A stretch of 64,000 nt of DNA. It comes from an uncultured Clostridia bacterium (GTDB lineage: Bacteria; Bacillota_I; Bacilli_A; RF39; UBA660). Positions within the stretch are counted from its first letter, which is position 1, and each line of letters opens with the position of its first letter. Positions 49,648 to 58,931 of this stretch are shown here, one piece after another. Position numbers and translations under genes: made by a program. Location of the stretch: contig CANRVH010000001.1 of the NCBI GenBank assembly GCA_947643225.1, forward strand, positions 6,868 through 70,867. Reading direction: 5' to 3'. Under the pieces are notes generated by a model. The model was not told the origin of the DNA, searched no databases, and saw nothing but the letters and a program-made list of their open reading frames with translations.

Positions 49648-50307
49648 ATGTATACAATATGTTTAGTAGAAGATGAAACGGATCTTTCTAGTTTAGTTAA
49701 AGTCTACCTAGAAAAAGATGGGTACGATGTAATATGCTTTACTAAAGGAAAAGATGCAATTAATTATATTGATCAAAAAGTAGATTTATGGATATTAGAT
49801 ATTATGCTTGCAGATGACTACAGTGGTTATGACGTAATTGGAGAAATTAGAAAAAAGGATATTAATGTTCCAGTTATTTTTACATCAGCAAGAGACCAAG
49901 ATTTAGATAAAATATTAGGACTAGAGCTTGGAAGTGATGATTACATCACTAAACCATATTCCAGTAAAGAACTTGTTCTAAGAGTAAACAACATCATCAA
50001 AAGAGTCTATAAAAATAAAGAAAATAATTTGCTAAATTATGATATTTATAAAATAGATATGAATAAAAGAATAGCACTAAAAGAAGAAAAAGAACTAAAT
50101 CTCACAACTTTAGAATTTGACCTATTGTTATTATTTGTAAATAATATAGGAAAAGGTTTTTCAAGAGATGAAATTTTAAACACAGTATGGGGTAGTGACT
50201 ATTTCGGAACAGATAGAGTAGTAGATGACTTAGTACGAAGATTAAGAAAGAAAATGCCAAAACTAAAAATTTCAACAATTTATGGGTTTGGATATCGCTT
50301 ATCATGA
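49648..50307 (+). CDS. OmpR-family two-component response regulator
   Basis: Receiver domain with DLWILDIML (phospho-acceptor Asp) and a winged-helix C-terminus (…LTTLEFDLLLLFVNN…GYRL). Confidence 0.85.
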   Translation: MYTICLVEDETDLSSLVKVYLEKDGYDVICFTKGKDAINYIDQKVDLWILDIMLADDYSGYDVIGEIRKKDINVPVIFTSARDQDLDKILGLELGSDDYITKPYSSKELVLRVNNIIKRVYKNKENNLLNYDIYKIDMNKRIALKEEKELNLTTLEFDLLLLFVNNIGKGFSRDEILNTVWGSDYFGTDRVVDDLVRRLRKKMPKLKISTIYGFGYRLS

Positions 50308-51575
50308 GTTATAAAAATGCAACCCTTAGTAAACAATTATCATTTATTATTATATCCATTTTTGTTATAGTCTTTATCTCATTAGGAATTGTTTTACCAA
50401 AGACACTAATTCCTGTTGCAGAAGAAAATATCTATTCCTATCTTAGTGAACCCTTAAAATTAATGCAGTCTAACTTTAATAAAGATCTAACTCCATCTAC
50501 AATAGCCTATCTTTATATGATCAATGATCAGATAGTCAGTAGTGATAATTTATCAGAAGTCTTAAAAACCAAAAATACAAATGAACTAATTAAATATATT
50601 AAAGATACTTATGGTAAATTTAGCTATAAACATAGGACTTATTATTACTATCAAATACAAAAAAATGGTATAAAAAAAATTGCTTTAACAGATGACTCAT
50701 ATATCAAAGAAATAAAAGAAAAAATTTTAAATGCCATATTACCAATAGTATTAGGAACTTTTCTTTTAATAGGATTAATATTAGGTATTTGGATTTCTAT
50801 TATTGTCATAAAAATAGAACATCTAAAAGAAAAAGTAGATAATATTGATAACTCAGATTATAACCATAAAATAGACTTTAAAACATCAGATGAAATAAAA
50901 TCTTTAGGTTTAGCAATGGAAGATATGCGAATTTCCTTAAAAAGTCAGGAGGAATATCGCAATCAAATGTATCAAAATATTTCACATGATTTTAAAACAC
51001 CTCTCACAGTGATAAAATCATATATCGAAGCGGTCGATGATAAGGTTGAAGATCCCACTAATGCACTTCAAATTATCAAAGATCAAACAGAAAAATTAGA
51101 AACAAAAGTACACTCACTTCTTTACTTAAATAAACTAGATTATCTTAAAAGTAGTAAAGTAGAAATTATTCCCATTGATATGGAAAAAATGATTACTGAT
51201 GAAGTAAATAAATTCAAATGGAAAAGAAAAGATATTGAATTTAAAGTTACTATAGATCACAAATCAAAATTTGTTGGAACAAACGAGCATTGGGAAACAA
51301 TTCTAGACAATTTATTAAATAACTTTATGAGATATGCTAGGAAAACAATCAAAATCACTGCTAAACAAAATAAATTAATTTTATATAATGATGGATCAAA
51401 TATAGACAATGAATTACTTGAAGGAATCTTTACTCCGTTTCGGAAAGGAATCAAAGGTGAATTTGGTTTAGGTCTTTCAATAGTCAAAAAGACCCTGAAT
51501 ATCATTGGTTATAATATTTTTGTTAAAAATGAAAAAAAAGGAGTTTCCTTTACTATAGTTAGAATTCATAAGTAA
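50304..51575 (+). CDS. sensor histidine kinase (HisKA + HATPase_c), cognate to the upstream regulator
   Basis: Two TM helices. H-box ISHDFKTPLTVIKSYIEAV. N- and G-boxes LLNNFMRYA…GLGLSIVKK. The start overlaps the regulator stop. Confidence 0.8.
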   Translation: MSYKNATLSKQLSFIIISIFVIVFISLGIVLPKTLIPVAEENIYSYLSEPLKLMQSNFNKDLTPSTIAYLYMINDQIVSSDNLSEVLKTKNTNELIKYIKDTYGKFSYKHRTYYYYQIQKNGIKKIALTDDSYIKEIKEKILNAILPIVLGTFLLIGLILGIWISIIVIKIEHLKEKVDNIDNSDYNHKIDFKTSDEIKSLGLAMEDMRISLKSQEEYRNQMYQNISHDFKTPLTVIKSYIEAVDDKVEDPTNALQIIKDQTEKLETKVHSLLYLNKLDYLKSSKVEIIPIDMEKMITDEVNKFKWKRKDIEFKVTIDHKSKFVGTNEHWETILDNLLNNFMRYARKTIKITAKQNKLILYNDGSNIDNELLEGIFTPFRKGIKGEFGLGLSIVKKTLNIIGYNIFVKNEKKGVSFTIVRIHK

Positions 51576-51602
51576 ATATCATAAGATATTTGCTTTTTTC
51601 GA
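51576..51602 (+). terminator. rho-independent terminator
   Basis: AAATATCATAAGATATTTGCTTTTTTCG. Confidence 0.5.
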
Positions 51603-51618
51603 GTAAATACGATATAAT

Positions 51619-52833
51619 ATGCATATTAAAAAGAGGCGGTATAGAAAAATGCGAGGAAGAAAATCAAATTGGATAACACCTTATAATTTAGTAAAAGCAT
51701 ATTATCTTCATCATGGTAACTTAGATGTTCCTAGTAGCTACAGAACAAAAAATGGTTATGAAGAAGACCCTGAAGGATTTGATATAGGAAGATGGTTATC
51801 TAAACAAAGATATGGTTATATTGAAAACGAAAATTATAATTTGACAGACAGACAAATAAAATTATTAAATGATATAGAAATGATTTGGGATATTCATGAA
51901 TACAGATGGGATAAAATGTATAATTTAGCAAAGTCATATTATCTTCATCATGGTAACTTAGATGTTCCTAGTAATTTCAGAACAAAAAATGGTTATGAAG
52001 AAGACCCTGAAGGATTTGATTTAGGAAATAAGATAATATATCAAAGGGAAGCTTACAAAGAATCTAGATTGAGTAAAGCTAGAGAAAAAAAGTTAAATGA
52101 TATAGAAATGATTTGGGATCTTAATGAATATAGATGGAATATAAATTATTCTTTACTTGAAAATTATTATAATCACTATAATAGAAAAGAAAAATTAGAA
52201 GTAAATTTGGATTGGATAGATACACAAAGAAGAAAATATAGGGGAAGGATAAAAGGTGTACTCACTGATAAACAAATAATGTTATTAGAAAAATTAAACT
52301 TTGATTGGTTTGCAAAAAAAGATTTGCAATATCAAACCGAAATCATTACCTCTGATAATAATAATCGAAAAAGTATAGAAATTTTTAACCGATTTCGATC
52401 TTATTTGAATAATCTTCCAAAAGATGTTAATATACTTTCTAAGGAGGAAATAAATCAAGGATTTATTGATCAGTTAAATGGAAAAAGAGAAAATAATAAT
52501 CGAATAGTAACTAGTTTAGAAGAAGCAATATATGAAACCGTAAAAGTATACGATTATAAAAAAAATTCTAATAAAATAGAGATATTAATATACTATTTAT
52601 TGCTACATATAGACAGAATGGATCAATATGAGGATGCTATTTTATGTTTTCCAAAAAACAATGGAGTACAAGAATACCTTAGAAATGCCGGAAAAGAAAA
52701 TCTATTACAAGAAATACGTAATATAGTATCTACTGAACACTGTGACATCGATATAAGTAACCTAGATATTCTTTATCAAGAATATTCGAATTATTGTTAT
52801 ACAAAGGATACAATAAGGAGGAAAAAGAAATGA
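51619..52833 (+). CDS. protein with four tandem helicase-associated (HA, PF03457-like) repeats and a C-terminal domain of unknown function
   Basis: The repeat W/Y..K.YYLHHGNLDVPS..RTKNGYEEDPEGFD[IL]G recurs, consistent with HA repeats. The C-terminal 130 aa are paralogous to the next ORF. Confidence 0.55.
   Translation: MHIKKRRYRKMRGRKSNWITPYNLVKAYYLHHGNLDVPSSYRTKNGYEEDPEGFDIGRWLSKQRYGYIENENYNLTDRQIKLLNDIEMIWDIHEYRWDKMYNLAKSYYLHHGNLDVPSNFRTKNGYEEDPEGFDLGNKIIYQREAYKESRLSKAREKKLNDIEMIWDLNEYRWNINYSLLENYYNHYNRKEKLEVNLDWIDTQRRKYRGRIKGVLTDKQIMLLEKLNFDWFAKKDLQYQTEIITSDNNNRKSIEIFNRFRSYLNNLPKDVNILSKEEINQGFIDQLNGKRENNNRIVTSLEEAIYETVKVYDYKKNSNKIEILIYYLLLHIDRMDQYEDAILCFPKNNGVQEYLRNAGKENLLQEIRNIVSTEHCDIDISNLDILYQEYSNYCYTKDTIRRKKK
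51691..52160 (+). repeat. intragenic tandem duplication: two units of about 235 bp with near-identical flanks
   Basis: The stretch tattatcttcatcatggtaacttagatgttcctagta…aaaaatggttatgaagaagaccctgaaggatttgat occurs at 51696-51790 and again at 51934-52028. The stretch gatatagaaatgatttgggat occurs at about 51873 and again at about 52103. Confidence 0.7.
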
Positions 52834-53177
52834 AAAAAAGTAACCAAGTAAAAAGTTTAGAAGAAGCCATATATAAAACATTAAAAAGTTACGGGTATGA
52901 TGAACTACCAGAACGAGCAACATATTTGATTTATATAATTGTAGCACATATAGATAGAATGGACAAATATGAAGATGCTATTTTATGTTTTACAGAAAAT
53001 GATGGTGCCCAGGAATACATTAGAACCAAAGGAAAACAAGCACTATTAGAGGAAATGAATGCCTTAATATCAACTGAAAGTAAGAATATAGATCTTTACC
53101 AAGAGTATTCAAAATGCTGCTATACTAGGCTATGTAATCAGAACAAAGGTGAAAAACAAAAAGTAAAGGTAAAATAA
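52830..53177 (+). CDS. stand-alone paralogue of the C-terminal domain of the HA-repeat protein
   Basis: SLEEAIYKTLKSYGYDE…HIDRMDKYEDAILCF…AQEYIR…YQEYSKCCYT parallels residues 300-400 of the 51619 product. ATG 52830 overlaps the upstream TGA (ATGA), with an AGGAGG RBS. Confidence 0.5.
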   Translation: MKKSNQVKSLEEAIYKTLKSYGYDELPERATYLIYIIVAHIDRMDKYEDAILCFTENDGAQEYIRTKGKQALLEEMNALISTESKNIDLYQEYSKCCYTRLCNQNKGEKQKVKVK

Positions 53178-53178
53178 A

Positions 53179-53212
53179 AAAGAAAAATTATAGTTTCTTT
53201 TTTTATTTTCCG
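53179..53212 (+). terminator. rho-independent terminator
   Basis: AAAAGAAAAATTATAGTTTCTTTTTTTATTTT. Confidence 0.55.
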
Positions 53213-53235
53213 GAAATACTAAAAATGGTGAGATC

Positions 53236-54024
53236 ATGAAAATTTTAATAACAGGTGGAAGGGGAGGAATAGCTTATTTAACAGCTTCCAAACTTTCTAA
53301 ACTAGGTCATAAAATTTATCTTTGTACTCATACAAGTAAACAATTAGAGACCTTAAAAAAGAAAATAAAAAAAGAACAATTAAATATTGTGCCCTATAAA
53401 CTAGATATTACAAATAAAGATGATTTACAATTATTAGATAAATTAGATTATGACATAGTATGGGCCCATGCTGGAATAGGAAATGGGGGAACTCTTCTAG
53501 CAATGGAAGTAGATGTATTAAGAGAAAATTATGAAACAAATATTTTTGGAACAATGGAGGTAGTAAGAAAGGCTTATTTGAATTTTAAACAACAAAAGAA
53601 AAAAGGAAAAATTTTTGTAACTTCCTCACTTGCAGGAATGCTACCACTTCCTTATCTTTCTTGTTACACTTCCTCTAAAGCAGCATTATCTATGTTATGT
53701 TTTACCCTAAAAAAGGAACTAAAAGAATCAGGTACTAATATTACGATTTCTTTAATTGAACCAGGTGCTTATAAAACTGGCTTTAATGAAGTAATGATAG
53801 AAAATAAAGAAAAATTTTTAAAGACGAAAAATATATTTTATAATGATAGAAAAAAAATAACTCAATCACAGAAGAAATTATTCAATTTAATTGAAAATAA
53901 GAATATTGACAAATTAGTAAATAAAATAATAAAAGAAATGACAAAAGAAAATCCAAAATTTAAAATAAGAAGTCCATTTATACAAGCATTATTTACTAAA
54001 TTATATTATTTATTCTATAGATAG
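53236..54024 (+). CDS. short-chain dehydrogenase/reductase (SDR) family oxidoreductase
   Basis: Rossmann ILITGGRGGIAY, catalytic YTSSKAAL (YxxxK), and the NITISLIEPGAYKTGF motif. Confidence 0.8.
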   Translation: MKILITGGRGGIAYLTASKLSKLGHKIYLCTHTSKQLETLKKKIKKEQLNIVPYKLDITNKDDLQLLDKLDYDIVWAHAGIGNGGTLLAMEVDVLRENYETNIFGTMEVVRKAYLNFKQQKKKGKIFVTSSLAGMLPLPYLSCYTSSKAALSMLCFTLKKELKESGTNITISLIEPGAYKTGFNEVMIENKEKFLKTKNIFYNDRKKITQSQKKLFNLIENKNIDKLVNKIIKEMTKENPKFKIRSPFIQALFTKLYYLFYR

Positions 54025-54959
54025 ATAATATTATTTCTTTATCTTTAATAAACAAATCATTAATCCAATTCACTCTTAGCTACTAGAACTTACTTTTATT
54101 CCCAGAAAATCTTGATAATATTTAAACTAAACATCAGAAAGAGATAGATCTTTTGTCTTAAAAGTTGATAAATAGTCTTATCAATACAATAGCAAAGAAT
54201 GTCCTAATTTAAATTATAAATATTATTTTTATGGATCATTTTCTTATAACAACAATAATTATATAATAAGTAAAAACTTCCACATAAAAAATATTGATCA
54301 TCTTTTCTATTTCTTAAATAGTTTCAAATTAATGGGTAATTATATATATATCATTTTACAAGATTAATATAACAAAGCTTTAACTTCGACAAAACATTCA
54401 CAATTTAAAAACTCCATCTGTTCCTTTTCATTAATTCCTAGCAACTATCTCTTGGTAACTTCCTTTTATTCCATAAGGTGATACGATAACATCCAGGATA
54501 GGATTTCTTGTAGAAATGGAGCAATCTTTATGGAGTTTCATCTTAATATTCCATAAATCAAAAATAGTTTTAATATTATCCACTACATAAGTAAAAAAAT
54601 GATTGTATTATAACATGGATGAGAAAAAAACAGTAAAATTGATATTACTAAAATTATTTTTATATAGAGAAAGTCAGATAAATAGCTTTGTAAAATCATA
54701 ATACTCGTATAATCAATTTTAAGGAAAGATCATTCCAAAAGGCTGTTTTTTTTCTTTTCTATATTTTTGATTTATTATACCTCTAGAAGTATAATAAATC
54801 TTGCACTCCTATTCTTAGTTGTAATTATTTTACTTCTAAAATAATAAAAGCATCTGATTTCAACATTAGTTTATTTCAAATGCTATTCTTCAAGGGATTA
54901 CATCTGATTTTTACAATAAAATGTAACTTTTTTATTTTATATTGACATATTCATAATAA

Positions 54960-54995
54960 CATAAAAACGACTTTTTGATAAGTCGTATTTTTATT
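54960..54995 (-). terminator. hairpin with flanking T/A runs, read as an intrinsic terminator downstream of the tRNA on the minus strand (possibly bidirectional)
   Basis: ACGACTTTTTGATAAGTCGT inverted repeat flanked by ATAAAAA and ATTTTT. A second hairpin, ACTCGAAAGTTCGAGT at 55008-55023, directly abuts the tRNA 3' end. Confidence 0.5.
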
Positions 54996-55026
54996 GTCAC
55001 TCGAAAGTTCGAGTTTCCTGTCAATC

Positions 55027-55103
55027 TGGTAGCGCCGGGGAGATTCGAACTCTCGACCTATCGGGTATGAACCGATTGCTCTAGCCAACTGAGCTACAGC
55101 GCC
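55027..55103 (-). tRNA. tRNA with a CAU anticodon (elongator Met or lysidine-type Ile2), 77 nt, with an encoded CCA
   Basis: The reverse complement folds as a cloverleaf: GGCGCUG/UA/GCUC-AGUUGGCUA-GAGC/A/AUCGG-UUCAUAC-CCGAU/AGGUC/GAGAG-UUCGAAU-CUCCC/CGGCGCU/A/CCA. It has two G-U pairs in the acceptor stem and one T-stem mismatch. The anticodon-stem base lacks the three G-C pairs of an initiator. Confidence 0.85.
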
Positions 55104-55122
55104 AAATAAATGAAACAATAAA

Positions 55123-55152
55123 AGTATATCAAAACAAAGAATACTTGACAAT
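55123..55152 (-). promoter_or_regulatory. promoter for the tRNA gene (minus strand TTGTCA-N18-TATACT)
   Basis: The reverse complement of 55123-55152 reads ttgtcaagtattctttgttttgaTATACT and ends about 20 nt upstream of the tRNA 5' end. Confidence 0.4.
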
Positions 55153-55299
55153 ACTTTTTTAAAAATTACAGTAAAAAAATTTCGCAAAGAAAATCTGATA
55201 TAATTACTACATAATAAAAAAGCCATATGTAGTAATGAATAGAAAAAAGAAGAGAACTAAGAAAAGATAAAGATCTAATAAAGGAATTATATACCATTA

Positions 55300-55930
55300 T
55301 ATCTAGATATTTACCTGAGTTATTAACCATGTTTGATAATTTGACTGATACAAGACATCAAAGTTATATGACTTATACAATGAAAGCTATTTGTGTTGCT
55401 AGATTATTCACATTGTTATGTAGAATAACTACTATGACAGATATTTTCACAGATACTTTTGATACAGATAATTGTATTAAAAATATATCTAAAATTTGTA
55501 AACAAAATTTAAAAGAACTTCCTTATTAAGAAACAATTCAATATGTATTTATGAACAAATCAATAGGAATATCCAAAAACTTTAATCCGCTCAAAAATGT
55601 TTAATAAATATAAATATGATGGCTACTTTTAACTATTTATTGATGGAACTAACCTTTCTGGCTATAATAATAATTTAAATAACAATTGTATTAAGAAAAA
55701 ATATAAAGATGGTAAAATTTGTTATTGTTAATATGTTTAAGAATGTAAATTAATTGTGGGTAACATAACTATTAGTCTAGATAGTGAATGGATAGAAAAT
55801 ACAGATAGAATGATACTCAAAAACAAGATTGTAAATCAAGGCTTTTGTAAGAACGGCTAAAAGAATCATTATTTCTTCATTTAATTTACTCATACTATAA
55901 GATAATCACCAGAACCTTGTCTGTAAAATT
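55300..55930 (+). pseudogene. decayed ISAs1-family (H-repeat-associated) transposase remnant
   Basis: The only intact ORF is the 66-aa fragment at 55329-55529: LTDTRHQSYMTYTMKAICVARLFTLLCRITTMTDIF resembles the DDE_Tnp_1_assoc N-terminal domain (DPR…H.L.DIL.IA..A.LCG…). Downstream frames contain …LIDGTNLSG… (compare IDGKTLRGS) interrupted by stops. Confidence 0.4.
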
Positions 55931-56037
55931 TTAACTAAACAAATTTATTTACTCTTTTTCACTGAAAAAATTAATAAAAAAATCTATTGATAATAAGAGA
56001 ATAAAATATTTATGTTATAATAAAAATAGGTGATAAG

Positions 56038-56913
56038 ATGAAAAAAGTAATATCCATTATATTATCAATAATTATTCTAATATCATTATTAGGATTAACA
56101 ATAATTATTAATATCAATATAATAATGAAAAACAAGACAATAAGTAAAGTAGCCTCTAATATAAAATACATAGATTTAGTAAACATTAAGATGAAAGAAA
56201 ATGAACTAAAAGAAACATATGATTCAATTTATATATCATTACAACAAGAAGGAATTAGTAGAGAAAACATCAATAAAATTTATAAACAAGATTTTTTTGA
56301 AAAAATTACAACTAAAATAATTTACACAGAAGTTAAATTCTTATTAACAGGTAATATCTCAAAAACATATACAATCAATGATATAAATAACTTGATAAAA
56401 AAAGATATCGAAAAGATAAATTTGCAACAAGAAGAAAAAGAAAAAATAATAAAGATACTAAATTATAATAGTTCTAAAATATTAACAATAGAGAATATAA
56501 TTAGAAGTAATATAAATAATATTTCTCCAACAAAAATCAAAATAGTTAGATATTTTTTAAGTTATAAATTTAAGGTAATTCTACTATGTCTACTAATTAT
56601 ATGCATATTAATAGAGTTGGTATTAAATAAAGAAAGATTACTTCCATATATTTTTATTCCAACAATAATTTGTAGTTTTTTAGAACTACTAATCTCTATT
56701 TTTACACCCAAATCAATAACCACTAATATAGCAAATAAATTTCTAGAAAGTATCTTATATCCATATATAAAAATTTTTCTCAATAATCTATTATTTACAT
56801 CTTTAATTATATTAGGAATTAGTATCATTTACTTAATGGTGAACGAATCAGTGATGAAAAAAGAAAAAAGGAGATTAAAACCAAAAATCAAAAAGAAAAG
56901 ACTAGATATTTAA
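56038..56913 (+). CDS. hypothetical membrane protein (N-terminal and C-terminal TM segments, basic tail)
   Basis: 291-aa ORF, AT-rich and of low complexity. No family recognised. Confidence 0.4.
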   Translation: MKKVISIILSIIILISLLGLTIIININIIMKNKTISKVASNIKYIDLVNIKMKENELKETYDSIYISLQQEGISRENINKIYKQDFFEKITTKIIYTEVKFLLTGNISKTYTINDINNLIKKDIEKINLQQEEKEKIIKILNYNSSKILTIENIIRSNINNISPTKIKIVRYFLSYKFKVILLCLLIICILIELVLNKERLLPYIFIPTIICSFLELLISIFTPKSITTNIANKFLESILYPYIKIFLNNLLFTSLIILGISIIYLMVNESVMKKEKRRLKPKIKKKRLDI

Positions 56914-57002
56914 AATCCCTAATAAAAAAGCTTTTATCTTAAAAAAAAGTATGCTATAATACTATATAGTTAAAAAAATATAAGAATATGGAGGATTGAA
57001 TT

Positions 57003-57440
57003 ATGGCATTAGATAAACTAAAAAATATATTTGGTGGAGAAGAAGTAGCAGAAGAAGAAGTTTCAATTGATGAAGAATTTTACTCAACATCACGTGAAAC
57101 ATATCACGAAGAAAATGGAATAGCTGGTTCCAAAATGATGTTACTAGAACCACGTGCTTATTCAGAATCACAACAAATAGCAGATTACCTAAAATCTAGA
57201 AATGCAGTAGTAGTAAATTTAAAAAGAGTAACACCAGATCAAGCAAAACGAATTGTAGATTTTTTAAGTGGAACAATATATGCAATAGGAGGAGATTTGC
57301 AAAAATTAGGTGGAGGGATCTTTTTATGTACACCAAATAATGTAAATGTAGAAGGAAAAATATCAGAAGAGACAACACCTACTAAAGCAACTACAAAATC
57401 TAAAAAAAATGAAGAAGAGGATGACGATTTTAACTGGTAA
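57003..57440 (+). CDS. sepF: cell division protein SepF
   Basis: The N-terminus [12 protein letters not shown] and the core [67 protein letters not shown] are typical of SepF/DUF552. A TGCTATAAT extended -10 lies at about 56948. Confidence 0.8.
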   Translation: MALDKLKNIFGGEEVAEEEVSIDEEFYSTSRETYHEENGIAGSKMMLLEPRAYSESQQIADYLKSRNAVVVNLKRVTPDQAKRIVDFLSGTIYAIGGDLQKLGGGIFLCTPNNVNVEGKISEETTPTKATTKSKKNEEEDDDFNW

Positions 57441-57695
57441 ACTAAAAATTGAATTAGGAGTCTAATAAATATAATCGTTAAGAAACAAATTGGTTTATAA
57501 GTAATGCCATAGATAAAACAAAAAAATCATTATAAATATCATGATTGGAACAGAAAATAAAAAGACTTCCTAAATATAAAGATATTTAAAAGGAAATTAA
57601 AGATAATTATACAATAGCGACAAGTAATAATAGAATAAATTGATGAACTAGAATGATCAAGTAGCGAATAGGTTGCTTGTTTTTTAATAAAATAA

Positions 57696-57724
57696 TTGAA
57701 AAGATAGAAAAATTATGTTATAGT
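57696..57724 (+). promoter_or_regulatory. promoter TTGAAA-N17-TATAGT driving the T-box leader
   Basis: Read directly: ttgaaaagatagaaaaattatgttatagt. Confidence 0.5.
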
Positions 57725-57730
57725 AACAAA

Positions 57731-57950
57731 GAAAGCAAATGCGAAAGACGAAAATATTGGAAAGTTTATAGAGAGCTTTAGTTAGGTGAAATAAAGTAAC
57801 AAGTAAAATATTTTAGATCACTTTCAAGTGCATTTTAGGGATAAGCTAAAATCGTATCTCGCGTTAAGAGAATAAAGTGTATAGAGTAGCTATAAAATAA
57901 GGTGGTACCGCGATAATTCGTCCTTAAATTTATAGCTATTTTTTAATTAA
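57731..57950 (+). promoter_or_regulatory. T-box riboswitch leader (tRNA-sensing antitermination element) upstream of the CaCA-ileS operon
   Basis: Conserved T-box sequence AAGGTGGTACCGCG at 57899-57912. The UGGU tetranucleotide would pair with an ACCA acceptor end (discriminator A, as in tRNA-Ile). The terminator helix GTAGCTATAAA…TTTATAGCTAT encloses the T-box and is followed by TTTTTT (57938-57943). An AGAGAG AG-box-like element lies at about 57770. Confidence 0.7.
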
Positions 57951-57961
57951 AAGGAGGAAAT

Positions 57962-58912
57962 ATGGTTATTCATATTATAATTTTAATTATTGGGTTTATA
58001 GTTTTAATTAAAGGAGCAGATCTATTTGTAGATGCAGCATCATCACTTGCACAAAACTTTCATTTATCAAAAATGCTAATCGCTTTAACAATCGTTGCTT
58101 TTGGTACAAGTGCCCCAGAATTTGCTGTATCAGTAAAGTCAATGATGAGTGATAGTGGAGATATTGTTCTAGGAAATGTGATTGGTAGTAATATTCTAAA
58201 TATTCTATTAATACTGGGAATATCAAGTTGCATTCATACATTAAATGTAAAAAATGCAACAGTCAAAAAAGAATTACCAATAACCATACTAATTTCAACA
58301 CTATTAATAGTTTTAATTAGCGACCAGTTTCTAGTTCATACAGCAAGTAATGCTCTGACTAGGTCAGATGGAATTATTATTCTATTATTTTTCTTAGTCT
58401 TTGTTTATTATTTATTATCAGTAATGAGAAATAAAAAAGAGGTAGAGGAAGAAAAAGCAAAATATGGAGTAATTAAATCAATTTTTTTCACCATAATAGG
58501 AATTATCTGTTTAGTATTAGGAAGTAATGCTGTTGTAGATGCAGCAAGTTTTATCGCCAAAAGCCTAGGAGTTAGTGAGAGAATGATTTCTCTTACAATA
58601 ATTGCTTTTGGTACTAGCTTACCAGAACTTGTAACTAGTATGATGGCAACAAAAAAAGGGGAGTATGATATTGCAATTGGAAATGTAGTAGGAAGTAATA
58701 TTTTTAATATTGGTATAGTACTAGGAATTCCCTTAGTAATATTTGGAACAATACCATCAATAACATTTAATTATATTGATTTATTGGTATTATTCCTCTC
58801 ATCATTTCTATTATTCGTTTTTAGTTTTAAAGATCATAAATTAAGTAGAAAAGAAGGAATAATATTTTTATTGATATTCGTAATATATTATAGTTTTGTT
58901 ATAATAGGTTAA
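57962..58912 (+). CDS. CaCA-family cation/Ca2+ antiporter (YrbG-like) membrane protein
   Basis: Two alpha-repeat signatures: GTSAPEF…GNVIGSNILNILLILG and GTSLPEL…GNVVGSNIFNIGIVLG. About ten TM helices. AGGAGG RBS. Confidence 0.8.
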   Translation: MVIHIIILIIGFIVLIKGADLFVDAASSLAQNFHLSKMLIALTIVAFGTSAPEFAVSVKSMMSDSGDIVLGNVIGSNILNILLILGISSCIHTLNVKNATVKKELPITILISTLLIVLISDQFLVHTASNALTRSDGIIILLFFLVFVYYLLSVMRNKKEVEEEKAKYGVIKSIFFTIIGIICLVLGSNAVVDAASFIAKSLGVSERMISLTIIAFGTSLPELVTSMMATKKGEYDIAIGNVVGSNIFNIGIVLGIPLVIFGTIPSITFNYIDLLVLFLSSFLLFVFSFKDHKLSRKEGIIFLLIFVIYYSFVIIG

Positions 58913-58931
58913 TCAAAAAGAGGTGACTAAA

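Noticed and set aside
54025-54950. Possible structured ncRNA (tmRNA, RNase P, 6S) in the 1-kb ORF-less stretch
   Set aside because: No tRNA-like 3' end with CCA (tmRNA). No GGAAAGUCCGGGCUCC-type P4 core (RNase P). No conserved motifs recognisable by eye. More likely decayed coding or IS sequence.
54951-55226. 91-aa ORF on the minus strand
   Set aside because: It completely overlaps the tRNA(CAU) gene and its terminator hairpins on the same strand. The translation is low-complexity, so it is a spurious ORF.
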